A stretch of DNA of 61,707 bases, counting the filler, from Circinaria calcarea (lineage: Eukaryota), in assembly GCA_051942165.1 (NCBI GenBank). It is 19 parts of 19 records of this genome, joined end to end, with 100 filler letters (N's around TTAATTAATTAA, not from the genome) between each part and the next. Parts side by side here need not be neighbours in the genome. Positions count along the whole stretch, not along the records: positions 9,793 to 12,950 come from JAVECS010003003.1; positions 13,051 to 16,207 come from JAVECS010003004.1; positions 16,308 to 19,464 come from JAVECS010003005.1; positions 19,565 to 22,720 come from JAVECS010003006.1; 15 more parts are not named here. One strand, 5' to 3'. The position numbers and the translations under genes were made by a program. The notes below the pieces were generated by a model, which searched no databases, had not been told where the DNA came from, and saw nothing but the letters and a program-made list of their open reading frames with translations. Positions 12,560 to 22,720 of this stretch are shown here, in pieces; positions within the stretch are counted from its first letter, which is position 1; each line of letters begins with the position of its first letter.

Positions 12560-12950
12560 TCATGTCCACAACCGACACGTCCCATCCGCCCCGGCGCTCA
12601 CAAGCCATGGCTCCCGCGGATGCCAGTCACAGTCCATAACCCCCAACTCCTTCCTCACCCCATGTCCCCTGAGGACCTTCAGCGGCACAATCGTCGCATT
12701 CTCCATCAAGTCCCCTACCACCTTGCCATGAAAAATCTGCAAAGTACCATCATCACTCGCGTCTGCGAATAGCGGCAACCCCCCTTGATGAAACCTGACC
12801 GCCCGAATAGCTTTCTTGTGATATCGAAGGGTTTTGTAAGGGCGGACGGAGAGATCGAGATCGTGCCAGAGGAGACGCTTGTCGTAGGAGCCGACGATGA
12901 GATTGTCTCCACCTGGATGGAGATCGAAGGAGGAGATCCAGCGGGCGCCA
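12560..12950 (-). CDS. ERB1: Ribosome biogenesis protein Erb1/BOP1, C-terminal WD40 repeats (5'-truncated)
   Basis: The frame is open to the contig end: [34 protein letters not shown]...[17 protein letters not shown]...[21 protein letters not shown]. Confidence 0.93.
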
Positions 12951-13050
12951 NNNNNNNNNNNNNNNNNNNNNNNNNNNNNNNNNNNNNNNNNNNNTTAATT
13001 AATTAANNNNNNNNNNNNNNNNNNNNNNNNNNNNNNNNNNNNNNNNNNNN

Positions 13051-13531
13051 AAGATGCCCTCTAAAATCAGAACATGGGGTGAATAGATCGATGTAGTAGC
13101 TGCCTCGCGCTGATGCTTTTGAAAGGAATAAATTGGAATCTCCGCCCGTCGCCTGCAATTCGGTGAGCAAGTGGATCAGGCGCTGCCACGCTAAAGGCAA
13201 GGCCTACCCCTGCTTAAGGTCTCCCAACTTCTCGACCAGAAGATCAAAGTCAATGGCTTCGGGTGAATCGAAGTCATACTCGTTTCTGTGAGCCTTCTCA
13301 TGCTGTTCCGGGCTTAAGGATTTGTAGAATGTGTCCTTCACCGTATTCAGTAACCACTTCTACATACATAAAATCTGATAGATGATTCACCATTGACAAA
13401 ATGACAACCCATGGCAGATTCAGCGAAGTAACAATTTCCACGGCCAAAGACGTTTTACCAGATCCAGACGATCCTGCAATGCCTATTATACTTGTGTCTG
13501 CCCACGGTGGACTGTAATGCACTCGGTTCAT
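13051..13531 (-). CDS. URK1: Uridine kinase, 3'-truncated; introns 13336-13390 and about 13153-13207
   Basis: YSPPWADTSIIGIAGSSGSGKTS (Walker A), DTFYKSL...YDFDSPEAIDFDLL and EIPIYSF...SPHVLILEGI. Confidence 0.93.
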
Positions 13532-13908
13532 AGCGATCGGATCAAAGGTAAGATCAAGGACCCGTTGAGCATGAATAGAGACATGCAACCTCTCAAGAAA
13601 GACCGCGTGCTACAGGTACGATACATGTATGTACAAGCTTAATTATGTATTGGGTCTAATATACGGGGTTTCTCTTTTAGTGGCGTAAAATGATGTTGGC
13701 GCTCGGCCCCACAAGGCTGATACAGTTGATTGTCTTCGCTCCTATTTCTCACGGACCTCCCTCAACAGTCCACATCGAAAGGCTGAAATGCCCACAGATT
13801 GACCACAGTCTTCCCGCCATCTCTCCTCCTTTGGCCATAGTGTGTACTGCAAGGAGCAATCTTTGCAAGCACTCTTATATGGCGATGAAATAGTGGTGCA
13901 AAGTAATT

Positions 13909-15152
13909 ATGGTATGCCCAAACCTTCTCTTTCGACCTTTGCCGTCTATTAACCCAAAAAGAATAGACCTCCTCGACAGCCTCGAGCGCAACGTCTCGGC
14001 CCCACCCTTTCGAAGGCCGCGTCCAAGATGTCAAGGTCAACAAGGCGTAAGTCCCGCCTAGTTCTCTGAGTGACTCTCCTTTACCCGTCGGGATTCTCTT
14101 CTCATGATGACTTAATACCAAGTTGGGAATCTCTCTGATTCACCGTGAGGAGAATATGTTAACTTGTCTATCTGATCTCTATTCGCCTTCGCATTGCTGC
14201 TGGCCTAACGACATAATCTTCGCAAGAGAACGACGACGCTGACATAGGCTTTGCATACCGATAGGCTTATTAATTCCTTGGTTATGGACTACCTAGTCAG
14301 CGAAGGCTACCCCTCAGCCGCACAGAACTTTGCACAAGAGGCCAATATACAACCGAGAGTAGATGCAGAGTCGATACAGGAAAGAGTAGAGATCCGTAAC
14401 GCCATATATGGAGGAGATATACAAGGCGCCATTGAGAAAATAAACGAGCTAAATCCTCAGGTATGTACCACCTTCTTCGTTTACTGCAGTCGTATACACG
14501 ATCTTCTTTGCTATGATTAGACATCAGTTTCATGCACCACTCATATACCCCTTGGGGTGTTGATGAGAAACAAACTCCAACTACTTCAGTCCTCAGTATG
14601 AGCAACCCGATAATTCAAAGAAGAACTGCGTCCTTAACGTAGACAATGCTTGAGCTAATTCTGGTCCAAACACAGATCCTTGACCGAGACCCCTCCTTAC
14701 ACTTCTCCCTTCTCCGCCTCCACCTAATAGAGTTAATCCGCACTTTCCCATCTGATATCTCGCCAGCCCTTACCTTCGCAACTACCCACCTCGCTCCTCG
14801 GGCTCCCACCAATCCTGCCTTCCTAGAGGACCTCGAGCTTACCATGTCTCTTCTGATTTTTCCTCCTGAAAACCTCGCGCCTCCATTAGCCGCCCTTTTA
14901 GACCCTAGCCTCCGCAAAGACGTTGCGAAAAGAGTGAATGAAGCAATTCTTACTAGTCAAGGAGAGAGGACCAGGAGTAAGCTCTTAGAACTTGTGAGAA
15001 CGAGGGCATGGGCGGAAAAGAAGGCGAGAGATGCCAAGAAGGACTTACCAGCGCACATTGGTCTAGGATTAGACAAGGGAAGGGAAGTGCAGGAAATGAG
15101 GGAGGATAGTGTAATGCAGGGAAATGGTGAAGCAGATGGAATGGTCACTTGA
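13909..15152 (+). CDS. GID8: GID/CTLH E3 ligase subunit Gid8/TWA1 (LisH-CTLH-CRA); exons 13909-13911, 13967-14046, 14265-14460, 14676-15152
   Basis: LisH motif INSLVMDYLVSEGYPSAAQNFAQEA and CTLH motif ERVEIRNAIYGGDIQGAIEKINELNPQILD...LHFSLLRLHLIELIR. Canonical splice sites keep the frame. Confidence 0.9.
14100..14180 (+). ncRNA. Intronic box C/D snoRNA, SNORD79/U79-like guide for LSU rRNA 2'-O-methylation
   Basis: Lies in GID8 intron 14047-14264. C box ATGATGA (14104-14110), guide TGGGAATCTC, then T and D' CTGA (14135-14138), C' GTGAGGA (14145-14151), D CTGA (14172-14175). The guide is complementary to conserved LSU GAGAUUCCCA. Confidence 0.82.
14508..14605 (+). ncRNA. Intronic box C/D snoRNA, snR40/U32-like guide for 18S Gm1271 (yeast numbering), with variant C and D boxes
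   Basis: Lies in GID8 intron 14461-14675. Terminal stem TTGC/GCAA, C box ATGATTA (14513-14519), guide CATGCACCAC (14531-14540) complementary to 18S GUGGUGCAUG, degenerate D' CATA, hairpin ACCCC-TT-GGGGT, C' TGATGA (14561-14566), D box ATGA (14598-14601). Confidence 0.72.
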
Positions 15153-15784
15153 AGTTCCAAAAGTTAGGGGAGGGTTTCGTTACATGTTTTAGCGTGGCGT
15201 GTGGAGTTGGCGGAGGGTGTCGTGATTAACGACAAAAGTCACATTGGGACAATAGCTGGATGATGATACGACATGCTCAATGCTAAATAACTTTGAAAAC
15301 TCCACAAATCTTGTTCCGCCCAATGCTGTCGTCTATCACTCAATCTCTCTTACTAACCCACACATCCTTCCTCGACACAGTGAAGCTCTAAACTACTAGA
15401 CCTAACATCCAAACCCCGGTAAACTCGATGGTAATTGTGAAATCTAAGCTGTCCAGATTTTCTACTTGAGTTGTTTCCGTAGATTTGGAGTTCATCTAAC
15501 CCAATCTCCGTAGCATTCAACGGAGAATAGATGCTGTAAAAATGAGGTGGTCTGTGGTGATAGGATATGCAAAGCCTTACAAGCCCGCTTGGCCGTATGC
15601 ATGGGATTCTTATCGATAAAGATCTGAAATCTTGGCCTGCCAGAAGCACTAATCAACGAGAGAACTGTTGGCCTTGGATGAACATACTGACGGGCGTTCA
15701 TAGTAGAACAGGCTGTTGAACAAAATTCCTTTCCTTTGAGGCTGCCTTTTTTTTTTATTATCATTTCAACTCACAGAGTACACA

Positions 15785-16207
15785 ATGACCAGAGTTACGA
15801 AGCAAAAGACGCCCAAGGGCTCGAGAAGCTCTGCAGCAAAATCCAGTGACCAAATCAGTAGGGACAGGTCCTAAGTAGTGATATAACTACTGACTCGACG
15901 AAATGTAGCGGATCCTCGATTTACCAACATCCAAACCGACCCACGTTTCCGCATCCCTTCCAAAAAGAGTACCCATGTGCAAATCGACAAGCGTTTTGCG
16001 CATATGCTGCGTGATGAGCAATTCTCATCGAAAGCAAAAGTTGACAGATATGGGAGGAAACTACCTAAGGATTCGGGGAGAAAGGAATTGGAAAGGTTCT
16101 ACAGGGTTGAGGAGGATGGTCTTGACGACAAAGAAGATGTGGTAGATGACGACGAGGAAGTTGCGAGAGAACTACGGCGGGTGGAGGGAAGCTATGATAC
16201 TGCAAGT
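15785..16207 (+). CDS. ESF1: Pre-rRNA processing protein Esf1, N-terminus (3'-truncated); intron 15858-15908
   Basis: The spliced product reads ITDPRFTNIQTDPRFRIPSKKSTHVQIDKRF...KAKVDRYGRK, the characteristic Esf1 N-terminus. Confidence 0.92.
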
Positions 16208-16307
16208 NNNNNNNNNNNNNNNNNNNNNNNNNNNNNNNNNNNNNNNNNNNNTTAATTAATTAANNNNNNNNNNNNNNNNNNNNNNNNNNNNNNNNNNNNN
16301 NNNNNNN

Positions 16308-16338
<31 letters not shown>
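16308..16338 (+). repeat. 31-nt poly-G run at a contig start
   Basis: Directly visible homopolymer abutting the linker. Confidence 0.8.
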
Positions 16339-16340
<2 letters not shown>

Positions 16341-17501
16341 GGATATGGTAAGAGTAAGCCTAAAGTAACTGACAGAAAGGAAAGGAAAGGGAAGGGAAGG
16401 GAAGAAAAACAAATTGATGGAGTAATCCACCCCCCTCGGGCAAAACAAAATTTCAATTTATGGTACGCTAAATCGAGATTCAAACACCACACCACCCGTT
16501 GACTATCGAAAGGGCTTTACCAAAAATGACCCATACCCTATTTATTACCTTTTTAAACAAACAGTCATAAGCGCTGCGCCCCGGACTTACTGACTCCCAC
16601 GGCGCCGGAACTGCCTATCGGATATGTTATATCCAAAAGGGCGTTGGTCCGTGGACACCCCCACGGCTATATGGTGTTATATCGATCGGTACCTGAGTAA
16701 TTATAGATGTAGCGTTTTGTGGCTACTTTTTATGGCTACGGTATATATTATGCTATATGCTATGCTCCAAACCTTATACGAGCCGTTTTCCAGGACCTTG
16801 TGCGGCTTTTTGCCCCCGCAGTTTTGTTCGCGTTATTAATACACAAGTGTCTGGGTATAGGCTACAACCAAAGGCGCGAACACCGAAATTCCGAATCTAA
16901 GTTTTTGTCGAACTTTACGGGGTCTCTGAGTACTCGATAAAGCCTATTAATTAGGCACTGAATCACGTCTCGAATTACGTGTGTGCAATGCAGTGTGTGA
17001 GGCAATTCATATATAGCGATTCGAATGCAATTCGTGTTGGTCCCGAATCTATAGAAGTTTTATGGTTCTAAAGAGAGAGAGAAAACAACGCTTTTTATGT
17101 GTGTTCTCCCGGCGCTAATTCCTCGCGTAATTAATTGCACTCGTAAATTATGCGAGTCCGCGTGCATTGCTGCCTAGTTCGACAGTTTTATATATATTTT
17201 GGTTATGAAATTTGGTTCTACGTGTCCGCGTGGTGTATAGGATGTAATGACCGTTTTTTTTCCCTTGCGTTCTTGCTTTTGCTAGGTATGCCTGCCCCCC
17301 TTTTCTAAGAAAAACTCGAAAAAAAAAGAAAAAAAAAACAAATCCTAACTATCATCATGAATATGCATGTAGTGACGTCCCTGATTTCTCATCCAATCTA
17401 GTTATCCCCCACAACACATTGGGAAAAATTCGTTCATAGGATTTGGGGTGGGGGGAGAGAGAAGAGTAAGTAAGTAAAGCAGCCCCCCGTTTTCCCCTCT
17501 C

Positions 17502-18317
17502 TTAAATCCCGCACCGAGCCGCACACTCTGCAATCAACGTGACAACCGAACTCGGAATATGTCCTCTCAACGCCGCGATTTCCTTGGGCGTGATGGTTTC
17601 CCCAACCGAAGACTTTATCACCGAATCCGGCCTCACGCTGAAGAAGGTCCGGGCGATCTGGATCCGGCCGGGATCGTTGTTGTCAAAGGCGGCCGCAAAG
17701 ACGGCCGGCTCGCACTCGGGGTTGAATTGGAAATGCACCATGCCCTGCGGGAACAGCATACCCTCGTATGGCGTCAGCGTCTTGTTGACTTGGGCGAGGG
17801 GGCCCGCGGTCACCGGGTTGCCTTCGAGGATGAGGCCGGCTTGCAGGCGACCTTGGACGACGGTGAAGAATTCGTTGCCGCGCGGGTGGGAGTGCGGGGT
17901 GTTGAGGCTGCAGGGATTGAGGAAACCGATGGCCATAGCGACGTTGGTTCCTACCAGGGCGGGAAAAACGTCCACGCTGGCCAAGGAAATGGTGCCGCTG
18001 GTGCCGGTGTTGTTGATGAAGGTGTGAGTGATATTGGCTGGATCAGCTGGATCGGGGAGGAGGATAGCGAGGCGGTCGGCTTCGGAAGAGGCGAGCTGGA
18101 GGGCCAAGAGGAGGGCATTGTTATCGCTGGGGCTGGGAAGGGCAGATGAGGTCGAGGCCGAGGGGCGGAAAGGAGGAGGAGAAGAAGAAGTAAGATCGGG
18201 CACGGAGGTCAGGGGAGGACTGCAGGAGGGTCCAACCAAGGCTTGTTGGTTGGAGATGACCCGAGCGTTGGCAGGCACCAGGCCAAGGAGGAAGGCTGTA
18301 ATGATTAAAGAGAACAT
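17502..18317 (-). CDS. Secreted spherulin-1/germin-like cupin
   Basis: Signal peptide MFSLIITAFLLGLVPANA, a Ser/Pro linker, germin box 1 (NTPHSHPRGNE) and box 2 (FPQGMVHFQFN). Intronless. Confidence 0.9.
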   Translation of the reverse strand: MFSLIITAFLLGLVPANARVISNQQALVGPSCSPPLTSVPDLTSSSPPPFRPSASTSSALPSPSDNNALLLALQLASSEADRLAILLPDPADPANITHTFINNTGTSGTISLASVDVFPALVGTNVAMAIGFLNPCSLNTPHSHPRGNEFFTVVQGRLQAGLILEGNPVTAGPLAQVNKTLTPYEGMLFPQGMVHFQFNPECEPAVFAAAFDNNDPGRIQIARTFFSVRPDSVIKSSVGETITPKEIAALRGHIPSSVVTLIAECAARCGI

Positions 18318-19565
18318 GGTGGGTACAAGGTAGCTAGTCACAGAAGTTTTCCAATGTCAAGGGTAAGGGAAAAGGTGTTCGAACGGCGTGCTGTTGAAGA
18401 GGAAAAAAAAAGAATAAAAAACGTGAGCAAAGAAAGGAGTTAAATAGAATCAAGTCTCGTATATCTTACCCCCTTCCCAAAATCCTTTGCTATTTGAGCC
18501 TCACTCCTGAATCCCCTCACGGAGGCCCGGATGACTGATTCCTTCAGTGAGGGAGTCGTGTCTACTGAGGCTTACCAGGGCAGAGACTAAAAAGGGGTGG
18601 GGTCCGCGAAAAGCCGTACAACTTGTGTCGCCCGAGTTACCCTTAGGGGCAATCTAGAATGGTAGGCCCTACATGGCCCACCGAGGTATATTTGATGCCT
18701 AAAATCTCGCCCCATCCTCCGGGGAATGATTACTATGCATTCAGATTTGAGTCCCAAAAGTGATTACTGACGCGTATTTTCTTGGCGTTATGGTAGTAAT
18801 TGCCTGACTAAGGTATCCTATCGTATTTATGTAGCAATCTCTCCACCTTGATTGATTCCAAACCGACCTTTTTCCCTTTTAGGGCGTGACATTAATGAGG
18901 GAAGGGGCTCACATCAGCCCCTGAGGTAGGATTTTGGGAAATTCCTCCATCAACAACACAAGCACACCAAGCTTTCGTGATGACTTCGCAAGAACCCTGG
19001 CTAGCGTGGCTTACATAAGCTTTGGTGAGGCGCTTTTCCGGAAGAAATCCGCTGGACTTTTTCTTAGATTCTGAGAGGCTACGAAAAACAACGCAAAGAT
19101 GGTGCAAAAAACCGGTGAGAAAACGCGCGAATAGTTATGATTGGGAGGATCGCTGCGGAGTTAGGAAGCGGCGGATACCCATAGCGGCGAAAACTCCGTG
19201 TCTTCCATCTCGGCCCCAGCTTACCCGGGAGTTTTCTTCCATTGTAGTATCTCCCGTATTCCAAGCTGGAAGTTGCTCATGTACTACTGTGGTCAGATGG
19301 GGAAATAATTCATAGTGCTGGGTACTTGTATTTATAGTACGCGAGATCTTTATATACTAAATAAACTAGTGCGCATTACATAAGCACTCACGTGATCACA
19401 CATAACCCACACAAACACACCCACCCCTTTTTAGTCTCTGCCCTGGTAAGCCTCAGTAGACACGNNNNNNNNNNNNNNNNNNNNNNNNNNNNNNNNNNNN
19501 NNNNNNNNTTAATTAATTAANNNNNNNNNNNNNNNNNNNNNNNNNNNNNNNNNNNNNNNNNNNNA

Positions 19566-20067
19566 TTTTCTGGTCTGGTACTTAACAATACCTATGGTAT
19601 TTCTGTTGGGATGGTACTTTGTGGGTTTTCCAATGGTATCGGCGTGACCACCACTCTTATCGGCCTCATTGCGAATGCTGCACGTGAGGACCAAGCCATT
19701 GCGACCGCCTGCTCGTATCTTTTCCGTTCTTTGGGCTCTGTTGTGGGACTCTCCCTATCTGCAACGGTAGTACAACAGGTTCTCCGTAACCGGCTACAGG
19801 AACAGCTAGGGAGTGGCGCGGATGCCGACAAGATTGTCGAAAACGTAAGACAGAGTCTCGATTTCATCAAGACTTTGAATCCAGAAATTGCAGAGTTGGT
19901 CAGGAAATGCTATGGCAGTGCAATCAGAGCTGGATACGGCTTCTTAATTGGTGTAGTTGCGCTTGCCGCGATGAGTAGCTGTAAGCACAAGTCATTCATC
20001 CGCTTTGTTGAATCATCTAATTGGAGTGAATGAAGTGTTTATACGAGAGAAGAAGCTTAGCCGGTGA
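19566..20067 (+). CDS. MFS transporter (DHA2/Vba-like) C-terminus, 5'-truncated; intron 19981-20035
   Basis: GIGVTTTLIGLIANAAREDQAIATACSYLFRSLGSVVGLS, with a spliced C-terminus LFIREKKLSR*. Confidence 0.85.
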
Positions 20068-20211
20068 TCGGTCCTTAAACGAGCGGTTGTTGCACACAGT
20101 GATGGTTGCTCAAATCTCAACATGTATTTCTCGTGGCCAACCTAAGCACAAGTAACGGATATTTTCACATCCTCGCTATCGCACCAGAAATATCCTCACA
20201 ATTTGTACGTT

Positions 20212-21024
20212 ATGGTGAACAGCAAAAATACTCCTAGTGAGGGCCCTCACGGTATCGACATGTTGCCTGAAGAGTTTAGCAGGTATATTTCATAGTATTA
20301 CTCGGATACCCTCTGTATAATTGACAAAGTGTCCCAGACTCGTACTTGAAAGCCCGCTCGTTCTGATCCTTGTTGGCCCTAACAGAGTTGTGTTTAACAT
20401 GCCCAAGAACCTGATTTGTGCAAAATCGTCCTTCTTCGACAAAGCGTTAAACGGGGCATCCCAAGAAGGTGTTGAACAGACGATCACCCTTCCTGAGGAC
20501 GACCCGACCATTTTCAGCCAGTTAGGCTACTGGATGTGCCACAACCAAATTTTGTCAATTCCAGAGGCCCTCGACGTCATGGCTCCGGCAGTCTTGGTTC
20601 AGCAATTGATCCACTTATATATGATGGCAGGAAAGTACTTGATGGAAGGAGCGCTAGATGAGACCTACGCGGGCATCATCGAGGTTCTCTATAACCGAGG
20701 TATGTGCCTAAATACCCACCAAAGCTAAACACCCGTCCGTTAAAATACTAATGTTGTTCAGCACGTTTTGAGGATGCTTTGACGCTAATGCCTGCATCAC
20801 TCGTGGAGCAAGTTTGGGAAGCCAGCTCGCCGGAATCTCAGCTCCGATTCTTAGTTTCTGAGTATCTAGCTAGAGCCTTTATCCGCACCGGGACGTCGGT
20901 CGGAAAACCTATCGAGCAGTACAAGGGATGCTTCACCGCCTTTCCTGAGTTCGGGATGGCTCTCGTAACCTCGATGGTGCGCAGCATAAGGATGGAGAAT
21001 GGAATAGGAGAAGAGGCGTCTTAG
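20212..21024 (+). CDS. BTB/POZ-domain protein; introns 20283-20337 and 20700-20761
   Basis: BTB signature VLILVGP...FNMPKNLICAKSSFFDKALNG.SQEG..QTITLPEDDPTIF...LY.MA.KY. Both introns keep the frame. Confidence 0.85.
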
Positions 21025-21562
21025 CTCTGGCACCGACAGACTGGACGATATGGGAGCATAAGTGAGGAGGGGAGGGGGGAGAGAGACGGCGAGCGGTTAG
21101 AACTTGAAACCCCGATTCACGGTGGCTTCTTATGGTGCTTCATATTTGCATAGAATAGGAATCCAATGCAGAAAGCTACGCGCCAACTTCCGAGTACCTG
21201 TCGTAATTTGTTGCAAAAGCATATACGGCTTACCGAGTCACGTATTGAAACGAGGTCCACACTCAACATCCTCTTACATCCCACATGAAAAGCTTTTTTT
21301 TCCGTTGCAAAGCTAGGTTAGATGGTTACGTGCATGACCATATATGCCTCAATAACTAATTGCTGTGATGGTAATCAAGAGTGAACCATTACATACATGA
21401 AGCCTAATCCCAAGAAAAAAACCATGAAACCTAATCCCAAGAAAAAAAACGCGCTGTACCAAAAACATCCCTACCACCCCCTCCCATTTCTTTCCCCCCT
21501 TGTGGATGGATACCAACACCTTTTCCTTCACCCCTTATCCTCCTCCAAAAAACCCCAACATT

Positions 21563-22720
21563 TCACCCCCAAACCCTCGCATCACTCGCACCCGCCCTCC
21601 TCGGAGCCCCACAACTCCCCGGCCCCGGCACCCTCATGCCCGCCAATCTCTTTCCGTCCCATATGCACCAACCGTCGCGGCGCCACTCGGGGTAATTGGC
21701 GCGGAAGCAGTGCATGGCCACGTGGTTGGGATACATGGTCTTCCAGGCCGCGTTCGGCCTGTTGCTGTTGCTATTGTCGATGCCCGTCGGTCCTCTCACT
21801 TCTGGCTCCCTAGTCCACAGTCGCGCTTCCGGCTCCTCGTCGGCGCGGTGAATAACGACCCGGTACCCGTTTCCCGGCGTCTGCTCGCCGAGGACCTGCA
21901 GGGCGCGGGGGAGGAAATAGGCGGTGCGGTGAGTGGCGGGCGGGTGCGTTTGGGGCCCGAGTGTCAGATGCAGCTGCCGGTAGCGGTCGTGCAGCAAGAG
22001 CAGGCCTTGCGACATCAGGTAGGTTTTGTACACGTTGACGGGCGCGCCGGGATCCCCGGTGCTGCGGTAGACCTTGCCCACGATGTCGCGGTACAGCGCA
22101 TCGTAGACGCATTCGAGCTCCTCGACCTCCCAGGGCGGCAGGCGCGCGAGGAAGGCGTACTGGTCCGGGATGTGGGCTTCAGCGGGGGTGAGGGGCCGTT
22201 TTCCGGTCATGGTCGAGAGGCCGCCGGGTTGGTGGAAGAGCAGGCAATAGAGCTGGTAGCGCCAGAGGGCGCGGCGGAGGCGGTGAGATTCCGAAGGGAG
22301 GAGGGGCAGCGCGGACGGTTGGGATTGGGGCTGCTGGCGGCGGAGGAGGCAGGAGGCGAGGAAGGGGATGAGGGCTTCGATGGCGATGTGGATTTGGGCC
22401 AGGGTCCGGAGGGCTTCGGTGGGATTGGGGTGGGCGAATGGGGGCCGGCTGAGGGAGAGGTAGGTGCGGAGAAAGTCCTGGGTGGCTTCGACGCCGCTGG
22501 CGAGAGCCTGCTGGTCTCTTTCCGTGGCGGCGATGCTGCAGGCGAGACCGAGCTGTTGGATTTCGGGCGCGAGGTGAGCGAGGCCGAGGCGGAGGGAGGA
22601 AAGGTGATGGTAGCGCTGGAAGATCTGTTTGGCCGGGGCGTGAGCGGAGACGAGGTTGGTGAGGGAGTGGGGGTCCGGGATGTATTCCATTATCGAGAGG
22701 AGGAGCTCGGTGGAGAGGGT
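21563..22720 (-). CDS. Fungal hypothetical protein with an N-terminal F-box-like motif (5'-truncated)
   Basis: The frame is open to the contig end: TLSTELLLSIMEYIPDPHSLTNLVSA, followed by SESHRLRRALWRYQLYC, LPPWEVEELECVYD and GWCIWD..RL. Strong GC3 bias on this strand. Confidence 0.7.
   Translation of the reverse strand, partial: TLSTELLLSIMEYIPDPHSLTNLVSAHAPAKQIFQRYHHLSSLRLGLAHLAPEIQQLGLACSIAATERDQQALASGVEATQDFLRTYLSLSRPPFAHPNPTEALRTLAQIHIAIEALIPFLASCLLRRQQPQSQPSALPLLPSESHRLRRALWRYQLYCLLFHQPGGLSTMTGKRPLTPAEAHIPDQYAFLARLPPWEVEELECVYDALYRDIVGKVYRSTGDPGAPVNVYKTYLMSQGLLLLHDRYRQLHLTLGPQTHPPATHRTAYFLPRALQVLGEQTPGNGYRVVIHRADEEPEARLWTREPEVRGPTGIDNSNSNRPNAAWKTMYPNHVAMHCFRANYPEWRRDGWCIWDGKRLAGMRVPGPGSCGAPRRAGASDARVWG

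Noticed and set aside
16308..16338. Poly-G as a G-quadruplex or poly-Pro coding tract
   Set aside because: It lies at a contig edge, so its length is unreliable and it may be a sequencing artefact.
17539..18333. Three plus-strand ORFs over the cupin gene
   Set aside because: Antisense shadows of a GC-rich coding region. The germin boxes identify the minus strand as coding.
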